This document shows, piece by piece, positions 63,694 to 64,000 of a stretch of 64,000 nt of DNA. The DNA is taken from the NCBI GenBank assembly GCA_030390025.1, contig CM059432.1, positions 116,500,001 to 116,564,000 of the forward strand, written 5' to 3'. The notes beneath the pieces were generated by a model. That model was not told where the DNA came from, did no database searches, and was given only the letters and a program-made list of their open reading frames with translations. The position numbers were made by a program, and so were the translations under genes. Position 1 is the stretch's first letter; the number at the start of each line of letters is the position of its first letter. Source of the DNA: Squalus acanthias. Its lineage: Eukaryota.

Positions 63694-64000
63694 TGCTCTT
63701 TCTACCACAGTTGCCTTGCCTCCATCTTCAATTCCCCTGTTCCCTCCAGATCTTAGGTAGTCAACCATCTTCAATGCTCTTCCAGTATGTAGCCACCTTT
63801 TGAACTTAAGTCTGCTCAAGGTTGTAGACTTAAGTGTATGTGACGATCGACCAGACTCCACCATCAGATCTGACTTGACCACAATAAGCTGTATTGTCAT
63901 ACCCTCCATACAGCCAAATCCTATTATTCCAAGGTCATGCTGAACAGCAGGAATGACTCCAAGTTTTTTTTCTCCACTATAACTGGTCTCCTCAGACCCC

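Noticed and set aside
63660..63695. tRNA gene
   Set aside because: B-box only; it is the head of the Deu-domain SINE, with no cloverleaf.

Overview
Eukaryotic (vertebrate, most likely shark/chondrichthyan) genomic DNA, mostly transposable elements. The ORF track misses a spliced host gene on the minus strand: seven small, phase-consistent GT-AG coding exons (47248->2525) encoding the first ~200 aa of a C18orf63/DUF4708 homologue, with a CpG-rich promoter at ~52.1-52.4 kb. Its introns and upstream region hold a dense cluster of PIF/Harbinger DNA transposons. Each carries a HARBI1-like DDE transposase convergent with a three-exon Myb/SANT (NAIF1/MSANTD-like) partner gene ending in a long coiled-coil/low-complexity tail. 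There are five two-gene copies: A 10455-14636, B 24723-29373, C 33882-~37590, D ~42300-45900, E 55282-59574. Three more copies are Myb-only remnants, and there are MITE-like derivatives. Copy E has perfect 12-bp TIRs, a TSD, an open transposase and an almost intact spliced partner gene. Also present are many CR1 LINEs (one near full length), L2, RTE and Tx1 LINE fragments, a Gypsy pol fragment with a 112-bp LTR, and Deu-domain and LF-SINE-like SINEs. All family assignments come from motif recognition by eye; no searches were run.
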